Notes under the pieces: generated by a model
What the model saw: only the letters and a program-made list of their open reading frames with translations
What the model was told of the DNA's origin: nothing
The model's database searches: none
Assembly (NCBI GenBank): GCA_038244765.1
Contig: JBBRTC010000001.1
Span: 629-64,628, forward strand
Source: Candidatus Nanopelagicales bacterium
GTDB taxonomy: Bacteria > Actinomycetota > Actinomycetes > S36-B12 > JBBRLC01
Reading direction: 5' to 3'
DNA: 64,000 nucleotides
Shown here: positions 29,699 to 38,198 of the stretch, one piece after another
Layout of the letters: every line of letters starts with the position of its first letter
Numbering within the stretch: position 1 is the first letter of the stretch
Made by a program: the position numbers and the translations under genes

Positions 29699-30211
29699 AT
29701 GGCGACCAGTTTCGAGGTCGAAATGACCTTCGGGTCGAGCGCCGACGAGGTATTCGCCATGTTTTGCGATCCGAAATACCTAGAGTTGCGATGTTCCGAG
29801 ACGGGCGGGTCAGACATCGAGGTCTCGTCGGTCGTCGACGCCGAGGGTGGGGCCGTACTCACCATGAAACGTAGCGTGCCAGCGGAGGTTCCTTCATTTG
29901 CGAAGTCTTTCGTCGGGGACACGATCGAAATCGACGAGACGCACACGTGGAGTCCGCCCACTGCTGACGGATCGCGCGAAGCGGCGATCACATGTTCATT
30001 CGGTGGCCTCCCTGTCGGCTTCTCCGGAAAGGCCACTCTGGCCGATAGCGGCGACGCTAGCGCTGACGACCGAACGACCTTCCACTTGGAAGCGGCTGTG
30101 AAGGCCGCGATACCGCTGATGGGCGGCAAGATCGAAGGCGTCGTACGCGACCAGACGATGCGCGCGACTGGCAAGGAGAACAAAGTGGCCCGCGGTTGGC
30201 TCGCGAAGTAA
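29699..30211 (+). CDS. DUF2505 (SRPBCC-fold) family protein
   Basis: Sequence pattern ...VPSFAKSFVGD...IPLMGGKIEG... ATG 29699 is preceded by GGAGAGGA. Confidence 0.6.
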   Translation: MATSFEVEMTFGSSADEVFAMFCDPKYLELRCSETGGSDIEVSSVVDAEGGAVLTMKRSVPAEVPSFAKSFVGDTIEIDETHTWSPPTADGSREAAITCSFGGLPVGFSGKATLADSGDASADDRTTFHLEAAVKAAIPLMGGKIEGVVRDQTMRATGKENKVARGWLAK

Positions 30212-30233
30212 CGCGTCGATGAATGCACCCCAA

Positions 30234-30264
30234 GTTCAATAGAGACTGACGGAACTCCCTTTCA
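30234..30264. repeat. intergenic repeat element, copy 1 (18-mer core + 14-mer flank)
   Basis: gttcaatagagactgacg and ggaactccctttca (they overlap by 1 nt). Compare 60862-60893. Confidence 0.6.
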
Positions 30265-30280
30265 CGAGAACAACCTCGGT

Positions 30281-31306
30281 TTAGCGGGCGAGGCGGTGGG
30301 AGAGCCAGGTGAGCGCGAGGGGGTAGCGGTAGTCGATGCCACCATGAGCGGCATCAAATAGTTCGAATTGCACGCGCTCGTCCGGTAGGCCGACACGGGC
30401 GATCTGGTCGCGAAACGCGGTGGCACCCAAGTCGAGAAACCACTCATCGCGAGTACCGGCGTCAATCCAGACCGCGCGCAGGGAACGAATCGCATCGGCG
30501 TACGGCTCAACCATGCGGACCGGATCCCACTCAAGCCAACGCTGCCACACCTCAGGAATGAGGGCCCCCGTGCGCGGATTGAAGGGCAACTGCGGAGTGC
30601 CGTCGGGAGCAGCAGAGAAGCAGGCGGTACAGCCCAGCGTCATCAGCAAGATCTCGTCGGCTTTCTTCGTAAACGACGGTCGCGAGTTGAAGTCCGCCCA
30701 CCACCCCATGATGTCGAAGTCATAGTCGCGCAGGTGTCGGGCGGCGGAACCGAACTCGGGGACATAGCAGAGCTCATAGAGCGAATCCCCGGCATGAGTT
30801 GCGAGCGCAGAGAAGAGGTCCGGGCGCAACATCGGTGTGATCATCGCTCCGAAGCCACCCGACGATTTGCCTGAGATTGCACGCGAATCGCGATGATCAA
30901 TCGTTCGGTAGTGCTCATCCACCCACGGCACAACTTCGTTGCACAGGTATGAGTGGTACGCCCCCGTGCCGGGCGAATCCACGAACTGCGAACCGCCGTA
31001 CGCCGTCCACGCGTCGACGAAGACCACCACGCAGGGCAGCGCCTGACCGGAGGAAAACACATCATCGGCAGTTTCAATGAATGGTTTGCGGTAGGCCGAA
31101 CGGTTCCCCCACATGGCCACGTGCCCGGTGTATCCCTGGATCACGTACACCGTCGGATATCGCGTCGCGTCGCTGTCGTATCCCGGCGGGACGTAGACCC
31201 ACAGCGGTCGCTCATGGGGGTCGCCCAGCGGGTTCTCGCGCAGCAAGTCGGACACGATGATGTGGTGGTCGACACGGCCAGCCAGTTCTGAATCCCAAGG
31301 CAACAT
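30281..31306 (-). CDS. alpha/beta hydrolase, putative esterase family
   Basis: WVYVPPGYD...YPTVYVIQGYTG...GKSSGGFGA (GxSxG nucleophile elbow). Confidence 0.7.
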   Translation of the reverse strand: MLPWDSELAGRVDHHIIVSDLLRENPLGDPHERPLWVYVPPGYDSDATRYPTVYVIQGYTGHVAMWGNRSAYRKPFIETADDVFSSGQALPCVVVFVDAWTAYGGSQFVDSPGTGAYHSYLCNEVVPWVDEHYRTIDHRDSRAISGKSSGGFGAMITPMLRPDLFSALATHAGDSLYELCYVPEFGSAARHLRDYDFDIMGWWADFNSRPSFTKKADEILLMTLGCTACFSAAPDGTPQLPFNPRTGALIPEVWQRWLEWDPVRMVEPYADAIRSLRAVWIDAGTRDEWFLDLGATAFRDQIARVGLPDERVQFELFDAAHGGIDYRYPLALTWLSHRLAR

Positions 31307-31330
31307 GGGGCTTAGTCAACCGTACGTGCA

Positions 31331-32965
31331 TCAATCCATGTGCGGATAGCGATGATCGACGGCGGGCACGAACGTTTCCTTGATCACTCGCGCACTTGTC
31401 CATCGCAACAAGTTCATTGGCGCGCCAGCCTTGTCATTGGTGCCGCTCGCACGGCCGCCGCCGAAGGGTTGTTGCCCGACGACGGCCCCGGTTGGTTTGT
31501 CATTGATATAGAAGTTTCCCGCCGTGAATCTCAGTCGCTCGCTCGCCAAGGCGACGGCGTCGCGATCCTGGGCGATGATCGCGCCGGTCAAGCCGTAGGG
31601 CGCCGCTCCATCCACCTCTGCCATCACTGATTCAAAAGCACCCGGGCGTGAGTCGTCGTAGATGTGAACAGACAAGAGCGGACCGAAGTATTCCGTGGAA
31701 AAGAACTCGCGCGATGGGTCTCGACCGACCACCACGGTGGGTCGGATGAAATATCCCTCGGTCTGGTCATACGTCCCGCCGGCGACAACGTCGACGGTGT
31801 CATCGGCATGGGCTCGATCAATCGCACCGGAGACCCGAGCAAACGCTCGTTCGTCTATCACTGCCCCCATAAAGTTTCCGAAGTCGGTAACCGGACCCAT
31901 CGACAGAGACTCCACCTGCGCCAAGAAGTCATCACCCATGTCGTTCCACACACTTCGCGGGATGTAGGCACGGGACGCCGCCGAACACTTCTGACCCTGG
32001 TATTCAAAGGATCCACGCACCAAGGCAGTCGTCAGTGCCGCGCGATCCGCCGACGCATGGGCGAGCACAAAATCCTTGCCACCGGTCTCCCCCACTAGAC
32101 GCGGGTAGCTTCGATACCCCGCAATTCGATCACCGACGCCCTTCCACAGCGACTGAAAGACGGCCGTGGATCCGGTGAAATGAATGCCAGCAAGATCTGG
32201 CTGATCCAGTACGACGTCTGACACCGATGGACCGTGACCAGTCACCATGTTGATCACGCCCGGGGGCAAGCCCGCCTCGATCAATAACTGCATCACGAAG
32301 TGCGCCGCAAGTTGTTGCGTGCGGGCTGGCTTCCACACGACGACGTTGCCCATCAATGCTGGCGCTGTCGGCAAATTGCCGGCGATCGCGGTGAAGTTGA
32401 ACGGTGTGACGGCGTAGACGAAACCTTCCAGCGGTCGATAGTCGAGCCGATTCCACACGCCCGGTGAACTGATGGGTTGCTCGGCCAATATCCGTCGCGC
32501 GAAGGCGACGTTGAAACGCCAAAAATCAATCAATTCGCAGGCCGCATCGATCTCCGCCTGAATCGCGGTCTTGCTCTGGCCCAACATCGTGGCCGCATTG
32601 AGGACGTCTCGCCACGGCCCGGCGAGCAGGTCAGCCGCCTTCAGCACAATGGCCGCTCGGTCATCAAATGACATCGCGCGCCAGCCCGGCGCCGCAGATC
32701 GAGCAGCGTCAACGGCGGCGGACGCGTCGTCGTGAGTTGCGTCGGCGGCCGTACCGAGGATCGAGGCATGCGCATGAGGCTGTACGACGTCAATGCGATC
32801 GCCGCTGGCCATTCGCGTCACACCACCGATCGACATCGGCAAGTCGATCGTCGCAGCGGCCATCGACTTCAGTCGCGACTCCAGGCCGGCGCGATCCACT
32901 GACCCAGGGCCATACTGACGGACCGGTTCATTAACGGGCGCTGGCACATTCGTGGCTGAATCCAT
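31331..32965 (-). CDS. pruA: L-glutamate gamma-semialdehyde (1-pyrroline-5-carboxylate) dehydrogenase
   Basis: Aldehyde dehydrogenase family with EYQGQKCSA catalytic Cys and ETGGKD. ATG 32965 is preceded by GGAGGG. Confidence 0.88.
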   Translation of the reverse strand: MDSATNVPAPVNEPVRQYGPGSVDRAGLESRLKSMAAATIDLPMSIGGVTRMASGDRIDVVQPHAHASILGTAADATHDDASAAVDAARSAAPGWRAMSFDDRAAIVLKAADLLAGPWRDVLNAATMLGQSKTAIQAEIDAACELIDFWRFNVAFARRILAEQPISSPGVWNRLDYRPLEGFVYAVTPFNFTAIAGNLPTAPALMGNVVVWKPARTQQLAAHFVMQLLIEAGLPPGVINMVTGHGPSVSDVVLDQPDLAGIHFTGSTAVFQSLWKGVGDRIAGYRSYPRLVGETGGKDFVLAHASADRAALTTALVRGSFEYQGQKCSAASRAYIPRSVWNDMGDDFLAQVESLSMGPVTDFGNFMGAVIDERAFARVSGAIDRAHADDTVDVVAGGTYDQTEGYFIRPTVVVGRDPSREFFSTEYFGPLLSVHIYDDSRPGAFESVMAEVDGAAPYGLTGAIIAQDRDAVALASERLRFTAGNFYINDKPTGAVVGQQPFGGGRASGTNDKAGAPMNLLRWTSARVIKETFVPAVDHRYPHMD

Positions 32966-32982
32966 GGGCCCTCCGAGTCTCA

Positions 32983-33966
32983 CTATCCGACGAGCCAATC
33001 CTGCCCTGATTCCAATGCGCGGCGGGTGGTCTTCAACGATGTCTCGAGTACGTCGAGACGACGACGCGAATCCATAGAGTTCCCACCCATGACCGCAAGG
33101 TCCTCACCACCAGGGGCGAGCACCGTCACACGTACGCCGCTAGCCCTCAACTTCTGGACCTCACGGCGACATCGGCGAGTGGCAGCCGATCGCCACAATC
33201 GCTCGGCGCGTTCGAGCACGCCGTTGGATTTCGAGATATCAAACGACACCATCGGTGCTAACACGATGACCTCGTCGAGTTCGCGTCCGACCAGAACATC
33301 GGCCGATGTCACCGAACACGCTCCCCCGTCGACGTAGCGAACCCCATCGATCGTTACCGGAGAGAACCAGCCCGGAATTGCACATGACGCCATCACGGCC
33401 TGAGCCAAGGACGCTGGCGGGGAATCGAGACGTCCGAGAACGACGCGCCGGCCATGATCGAAGTCCATAGCGACAACCCACACGTTGTCGTGTGTCGACC
33501 ATTGACCATCCGGGACAAGATCCTCGATGAGGGTACCTACGTTCGCCATTGAACGACTGCCGCGCGGCAGGATCGCTGACATCACCGCTGTCGGCGGCAT
33601 TCTCAGCCACAGGGGCACCCCGGAACGCAAGATCCGCACAGAACCGGGAATCGGCGTGACCGCGAATCGGGGCCGACGACCTCCCGACGAGCGGTCGTGA
33701 TCCCAGGAAAAATCCGCTAATGGGCCCGAGTCTTCAGCGACGCCGCGCTGATGGGCAAGCATCTGCTCGGGCGAGTATCCCTCTCCTAGAATGGATCCAA
33801 TGATTGATCCCGACGATGTCCCGACGATGATGTCGGACTCGCGGGCGTCGATTCCCAGTACAGCTTTCACTGCGTTCAGGGCGCCGACTGTCCATGCGGC
33901 CCCCAGGACTCCGCCGGCGCCAAGGACAAGCCCCCGCCGCGATTTCGGTGCGCGCGCCTTTGTCAT
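32983..33966 (-). CDS. patatin-like phospholipase family protein
   Basis: GAGGVLGAAW oxyanion motif, GTSSG (GxSxG), and a downstream DGG catalytic Asp motif (VDGGACS). Confidence 0.85.
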   Translation of the reverse strand: MTKARAPKSRRGLVLGAGGVLGAAWTVGALNAVKAVLGIDARESDIIVGTSSGSIIGSILGEGYSPEQMLAHQRGVAEDSGPLADFSWDHDRSSGGRRPRFAVTPIPGSVRILRSGVPLWLRMPPTAVMSAILPRGSRSMANVGTLIEDLVPDGQWSTHDNVWVVAMDFDHGRRVVLGRLDSPPASLAQAVMASCAIPGWFSPVTIDGVRYVDGGACSVTSADVLVGRELDEVIVLAPMVSFDISKSNGVLERAERLWRSAATRRCRREVQKLRASGVRVTVLAPGGEDLAVMGGNSMDSRRRLDVLETSLKTTRRALESGQDWLVG

Positions 33967-35408
33967 TCGGGTAACAACTTGGGACGTGAGCGTCGACGCG
34001 CTTTCGTATCAACGGTTGCGAGCAACTCGGCGAGCGAGTCGGCCAAGCATTGGGCCAGGACGTCAAGGTCGGGCATGGCATCACGATCGGCATTGAGCCC
34101 GAAGTAGATGCCTCCGTCATAGGACGTTAAGCCGATACTCACCGCTTGACCCTTGGCTAACGGCACTACTGGGTACGCGGCCAACATGCGCGCGCCGCCG
34201 GCGTACAAGGGATATTGGGGACCGGGCACGTTGGTCACGACAACGTTGAAGACGCGACGCGACAGACCGCTGGCAGCACGAGAACCGAGCGAATGAATCG
34301 TCGAAGGTGCAAAGCCGGCGAGACTCACCAACGCATCGGCCCCCAATAACTGCCCCGACTCTTTGTGCGCAGCCATCTCAAACGACACTCGCTGCAGCCG
34401 CATGACCGGAGCTGCCTCACCAACAGGCAAATCAACCAGGATCGCGGCGATGCGGTTGCCGGACAGCGCGCCGTCATCAGAGCCGTCAGCGGGGGGGCGC
34501 ACGCTCACCGGGACCAACGCCCGAATCGTCGTGCGCGACGTCACAGATTCGCCCCGAGTCATCAACCACGCACGCAAACCGCCTGCCACCACGGCAAGTA
34601 CGACGTCATTTATCGTTCCGCCGTGCGCACGACGGATCTTCTTGTAGTCCTCGAGCGGCGTGTCGGCTGTCGCAAATCGTCGTGCCTCACCGATCGGGGC
34701 ATTCAGAGCGCTACCGGCCGCTGGACGGGCCACCGTCCACGCAGCCGATGCCACGCCGCTGGCGAATGTCCCAATTTGAGCGACGATTCGTTCGAAGTCT
34801 TCAAGACCCGAGCGGGCGGCCCCGACGATCGAGGCCGGCCGGCGTACGACGTCGGACAATGCACTCGCGACCATCGTGATGCCACTGGGTTCTTTGACCG
34901 GCTTCCACGGCTCCACCACCGTGCGACGCGGAGATGGAGTGCTGTCCAGAATCACCTGGGCGATGTCGACCGCGGCGACACCGTCGACCATCGCGTGATG
35001 CGTCTTTGTCAACACCGCGAAGTGGCCGCCCTGGAGTCCTTCGACCAAGTACATCTCCCACAGCGGCCTACTTCGATCGAGCGGGCGCGCCATGATGCGG
35101 GCCACGAGTTCGCGCAGCTGGCCCTCGGTTCCCGGTTTGGGTAGCGCGGAACGGCGTACGTGATAGGCCGCGTCGAAGTTTTCATCATCGATCCATACCG
35201 GGCTGGCTATTCGACCCGGAACCCATTTCACTCGTTGCCGGTAGCGCGGCACGAGCGAAATCCGCTCCTCGATGAGCGCGACCAGGCGCTCATAGTCAAA
35301 ACCGCCCTCGGGCACTTCGAAGATCGCCACTGCACCAACATGCATCGGGGTTGATGTGCTTTCCATATAGAGGAAGGAGACGTCGAGGGGGCTGAGGCGA
35401 TCCGCCAC
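33963..35408 (-). CDS. wax ester synthase/diacylglycerol acyltransferase (WS/DGAT)
   Basis: HHAMVDG active-site motif and an LSPLDVSFL N-terminus. GTG 35408 is preceded by GGAGGAGGGGAG. ATGA overlap with the patatin gene. Confidence 0.9.
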   Translation of the reverse strand: MADRLSPLDVSFLYMESTSTPMHVGAVAIFEVPEGGFDYERLVALIEERISLVPRYRQRVKWVPGRIASPVWIDDENFDAAYHVRRSALPKPGTEGQLRELVARIMARPLDRSRPLWEMYLVEGLQGGHFAVLTKTHHAMVDGVAAVDIAQVILDSTPSPRRTVVEPWKPVKEPSGITMVASALSDVVRRPASIVGAARSGLEDFERIVAQIGTFASGVASAAWTVARPAAGSALNAPIGEARRFATADTPLEDYKKIRRAHGGTINDVVLAVVAGGLRAWLMTRGESVTSRTTIRALVPVSVRPPADGSDDGALSGNRIAAILVDLPVGEAAPVMRLQRVSFEMAAHKESGQLLGADALVSLAGFAPSTIHSLGSRAASGLSRRVFNVVVTNVPGPQYPLYAGGARMLAAYPVVPLAKGQAVSIGLTSYDGGIYFGLNADRDAMPDLDVLAQCLADSLAELLATVDTKARRRSRPKLLPE

Positions 35409-35509
35409 CGTGCTCCCCTCCTCCACGCGCCGATCCAGAGACTGACATCTACCGTTGCCGTTTGCCATCTGCCCCCGGGAACAATCATGGTGACACGAAC
35501 GTCAGCAAA

Positions 35510-35523
35510 GTTGCGTACGCAAC
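35510..35523. promoter_or_regulatory. perfect 14-bp palindrome GTTGCGTACGCAAC in a divergent intergenic region
   Basis: Read directly. Lies between WS/DGAT (minus) and the cupredoxin-like lipoprotein gene (plus). Confidence 0.3.
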
Positions 35524-35583
35524 CCTTTGTAGTCTCTGCGGGAACTCCCGCACGGACCGCGCGGTACCCCTGGAGGATTCTCG

Positions 35584-36060
35584 ATGACGCTGCCCCGCCC
35601 AGACACCGACCGACGTGCGCTGCTCGGACTCGGCGCAGCCCTCGCGCTCAGTGTCCTCGCCCTGGGTGCCTGCTCGTCTGGAACAGCCGCCGCCCCGGGG
35701 GCCAGTACGCGCGGTGTTGCGACCAACTCCGGGTCCTCGACACCGGGCACCCCTGATGCGTCGACGAGCGGCTCGGGCAGTGCCTCTAGCGCGGTCAACA
35801 CCGTCGTCATCAATGTCGCCCAAGCTAACGACAACATCACGCCTGCCCCATCGAAGGTCCCCGTTCCGCTGGGTTCGCGCGTCCTGCTCACAGTCACGTC
35901 CGACGTCGCTGACCGAGTCCACCTCCACGGCTACGACATCGAGAAGCCGGTGGCGCGCGGCGGTAGCGTCACCTTTGATTTCATCGCTAACCAGGGCGGT
36001 CTCTTTCCGGTCGAAACGCACGGAACCGAAAAGTTGTTGCTTCAGCTTCAGGTGTCGTGA
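35584..36060 (+). CDS. Tat/lipobox-type secreted cupredoxin-like domain protein
   Basis: TDRRALLGLGAALALSVLALGAC (twin-Arg plus lipobox Cys). The C-terminal ~90 aa beta-rich domain contains VHLHGYD. Confidence 0.6.
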   Translation: MTLPRPDTDRRALLGLGAALALSVLALGACSSGTAAAPGASTRGVATNSGSSTPGTPDASTSGSGSASSAVNTVVINVAQANDNITPAPSKVPVPLGSRVLLTVTSDVADRVHLHGYDIEKPVARGGSVTFDFIANQGGLFPVETHGTEKLLLQLQVS

Positions 36061-37409
36061 CACCGACCCTGGTTGCTCACGGTGTCGGGGGTCGAAGTGA
36101 CCTTCCGGTCCCCTTCGCATTGGCTGTTACTGCCGCCGCGCTTGCCATTGTCGTGTCGTTTGTCGCGCTGGTGTTGTTGTGGCGCGAGCCACGAATCCAC
36201 GGCTCGCGTGCTGGCCGACCACTGCCAGCATGGCTTGCCGCCGGGCTGGACAGTCAAGTCTTCCGATGGATTCTGCGACTCTGCGGAATCGCGGGCACAA
36301 CTCTGATCGCTCTCGCCGCGTGGGGCGGACCTGATGATGCCCTCAACCCCACGGCTGGCACTGTCTACGTGCTGTTTTGGGTTGGCCTTCTCGTCGTCGC
36401 ATCGCTGATCTTTGGGCCGGTGTGGCGTCAACTCAACCCGCTCCGAACCTTGCACCTCATGATCTGTGGCGCCGTAGGTCGCGAGCCGTCGTCGTCACTA
36501 CTGAACGGTGCGTTGCGCTATCCACGCTGGTTGGGCTATTGGCCAGCCGCCGCGTGGCTGTTGGCTTTCGTATGGCTCGAATTGGTCGCACCGAATCGCG
36601 ATACGACCGCGACACTGCGGTGGTGGTTTACGACGTACGCCGTCGTGACGTTGATGGGCGCGTTCACGTGCGGTTCGGGGTGGTTTAACCGCGCTGATGG
36701 CTTCGAAGTCTATTCCACGATCGTGGGTCGACTGTCGATCCTTGGACGGCGCGATGACGGTGTGCTCGTCGTACGGAGTCCGCTCGCCGGACTGGATTCA
36801 TTTCCGGTGCGCGCCGGTATCGCCGCCGTGATCGTGGTGCTCATCGGCTCAACGGCGTACGACGGACTCACGAGTTGGGTGCCATTTGCTGCCTGGGTCC
36901 AGGAGAGCAATCTGTCTGCTCAGGCAAGTGGGACGTTGGGCCTTGGCATCGCAGTCCTTGTCGTCGCGGTTATTTACTGCGGTGCCTGCATACTCGCCGC
37001 GGTGTTGGGCCGGAGCAAGGAAGACATGTCAATTCGCCCGACCCGAATGCCGGCCGTGTTTGCCGCATCGATGATTCCGATCGCAGCTGGGTACGCCCTC
37101 GCGCACTACTACTCGCTGCTGATCATCGTCGGGCAACAGACGATTGGGTTGCTCTCCGACCCCTTAGGGACGGGGGCCAATTGGTTCCACACGGCTGAGC
37201 GGGGCGTGAACTATAGCCCAGTATCACCTACTCTCACAGCGACTTTGCAGGTTTTGTTCGTCGTTGTCGGACACGTCGTCGCGGTGTTCGCGGCTCACGA
37301 ACGGGCGGTGTCTATCTTCCCGCGGCGCACCGCGATCGTGGCGCAAATACCGCTGCTCGTCACCATGGTGGGGTTCACGATTGCGGCACTGCTCCTCTTG
37401 ATGTCCTAG
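36057..37409 (+). CDS. polytopic integral membrane protein, function unknown
   Basis: GTGA overlap with the upstream lipoprotein gene. Roughly 10-12 hydrophobic segments. Confidence 0.6.
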   Translation: MTPTLVAHGVGGRSDLPVPFALAVTAAALAIVVSFVALVLLWREPRIHGSRAGRPLPAWLAAGLDSQVFRWILRLCGIAGTTLIALAAWGGPDDALNPTAGTVYVLFWVGLLVVASLIFGPVWRQLNPLRTLHLMICGAVGREPSSSLLNGALRYPRWLGYWPAAAWLLAFVWLELVAPNRDTTATLRWWFTTYAVVTLMGAFTCGSGWFNRADGFEVYSTIVGRLSILGRRDDGVLVVRSPLAGLDSFPVRAGIAAVIVVLIGSTAYDGLTSWVPFAAWVQESNLSAQASGTLGLGIAVLVVAVIYCGACILAAVLGRSKEDMSIRPTRMPAVFAASMIPIAAGYALAHYYSLLIIVGQQTIGLLSDPLGTGANWFHTAERGVNYSPVSPTLTATLQVLFVVVGHVVAVFAAHERAVSIFPRRTAIVAQIPLLVTMVGFTIAALLLLMS

Positions 37410-37470
37410 CAATGATGTCCTAGCGACGTCTTGATGTCTTCGCGACGCTGCCTGTCGCCCACCGCCGCGA

Positions 37471-38112
37471 TTAGGCGAGATTGCGATCAAAGAGCACATC
37501 GATCTGCAAGGCAGTGTCGCCGTATGACGTGTGCTTGATCCCCACCATGCCGAGACGAACCGCCGCCTCAATGTTGTGGTTGAGGTCGTCGACGAAGACG
37601 CACTCGCTAGGTTCGAGTCCGATCAGCGCGGCGGTGTGTAAATAGATCTCCGGTTCTGGTTTGCGCATTCCGACTTCCCCGGAAATGACCACGGCGTCAA
37701 ACATCTCATCCCATCCATCGCGCGGATAGTCGTTGCCCCACGAGTTCGACAGAAGTGCGGTCTTGACGCCGTCCGCGTGCGCGCGGTGGACCAGACCCAC
37801 CATGTCGTGAGCATGCTCAAATCGATCGAACATCCTGGTGAGCAGTCCGTCTGGTGCGACAAAGGTGCCGGCACGGGCACTGAGTTCCCCCGCCAGCCGA
37901 TTCTCGAAGTCGGGGACGGTGATCTCGCCACGCTCAAGCGCGTGAATCGGATTGACGACCGCCTCCAAGCCGTAGGGCTCGCCGAGCCAGTCGCGCATGA
38001 CCGAGGCGTACACGTCCATGTCAATGCCGTCGTCGCGAGCCCACGCGTCCATCACGACACTAAAGTCATTGGTGAGGACACCGCCCCAATCAACAACTAA
38101 CCCACGCATCAC
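37471..38112 (-). CDS. HAD-superfamily hydrolase (subfamily IA-like)
   Basis: VVDWGGVLT (motif I variant), LLSNSWG (motif II), VFVDDLNHNIEAA (motif IV). Confidence 0.8.
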   Translation of the reverse strand: MMRGLVVDWGGVLTNDFSVVMDAWARDDGIDMDVYASVMRDWLGEPYGLEAVVNPIHALERGEITVPDFENRLAGELSARAGTFVAPDGLLTRMFDRFEHAHDMVGLVHRAHADGVKTALLSNSWGNDYPRDGWDEMFDAVVISGEVGMRKPEPEIYLHTAALIGLEPSECVFVDDLNHNIEAAVRLGMVGIKHTSYGDTALQIDVLFDRNLA

Positions 38113-38140
38113 CTGCGCATCCTCGCAGACCTCACTCCGC

Positions 38141-38198
38141 CGAGTCGTCAGTTTTTGGTCACTTCGGAGCCGGTTGGTGACTACAAACTGACGACTCG
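38141..38198 (-). terminator. long hairpin at the end of ssd (14-bp perfect arms plus an inner 5-bp stem)
   Basis: cgagtcgtcagttt (38141-38154) pairs with aaactgacgactcg (38185-38198). The inner gtcac/gtgac also pair. The hairpin overlaps the ssd stop codon. Confidence 0.4.

Noticed and set aside
38113-38180. The ssd-HAD intergenic gap, where a 6C sRNA would be expected from synteny with Mycobacterium and Corynebacterium.
   Set aside because: It contains only the long terminator-like hairpin, with no C-rich loops on either strand.
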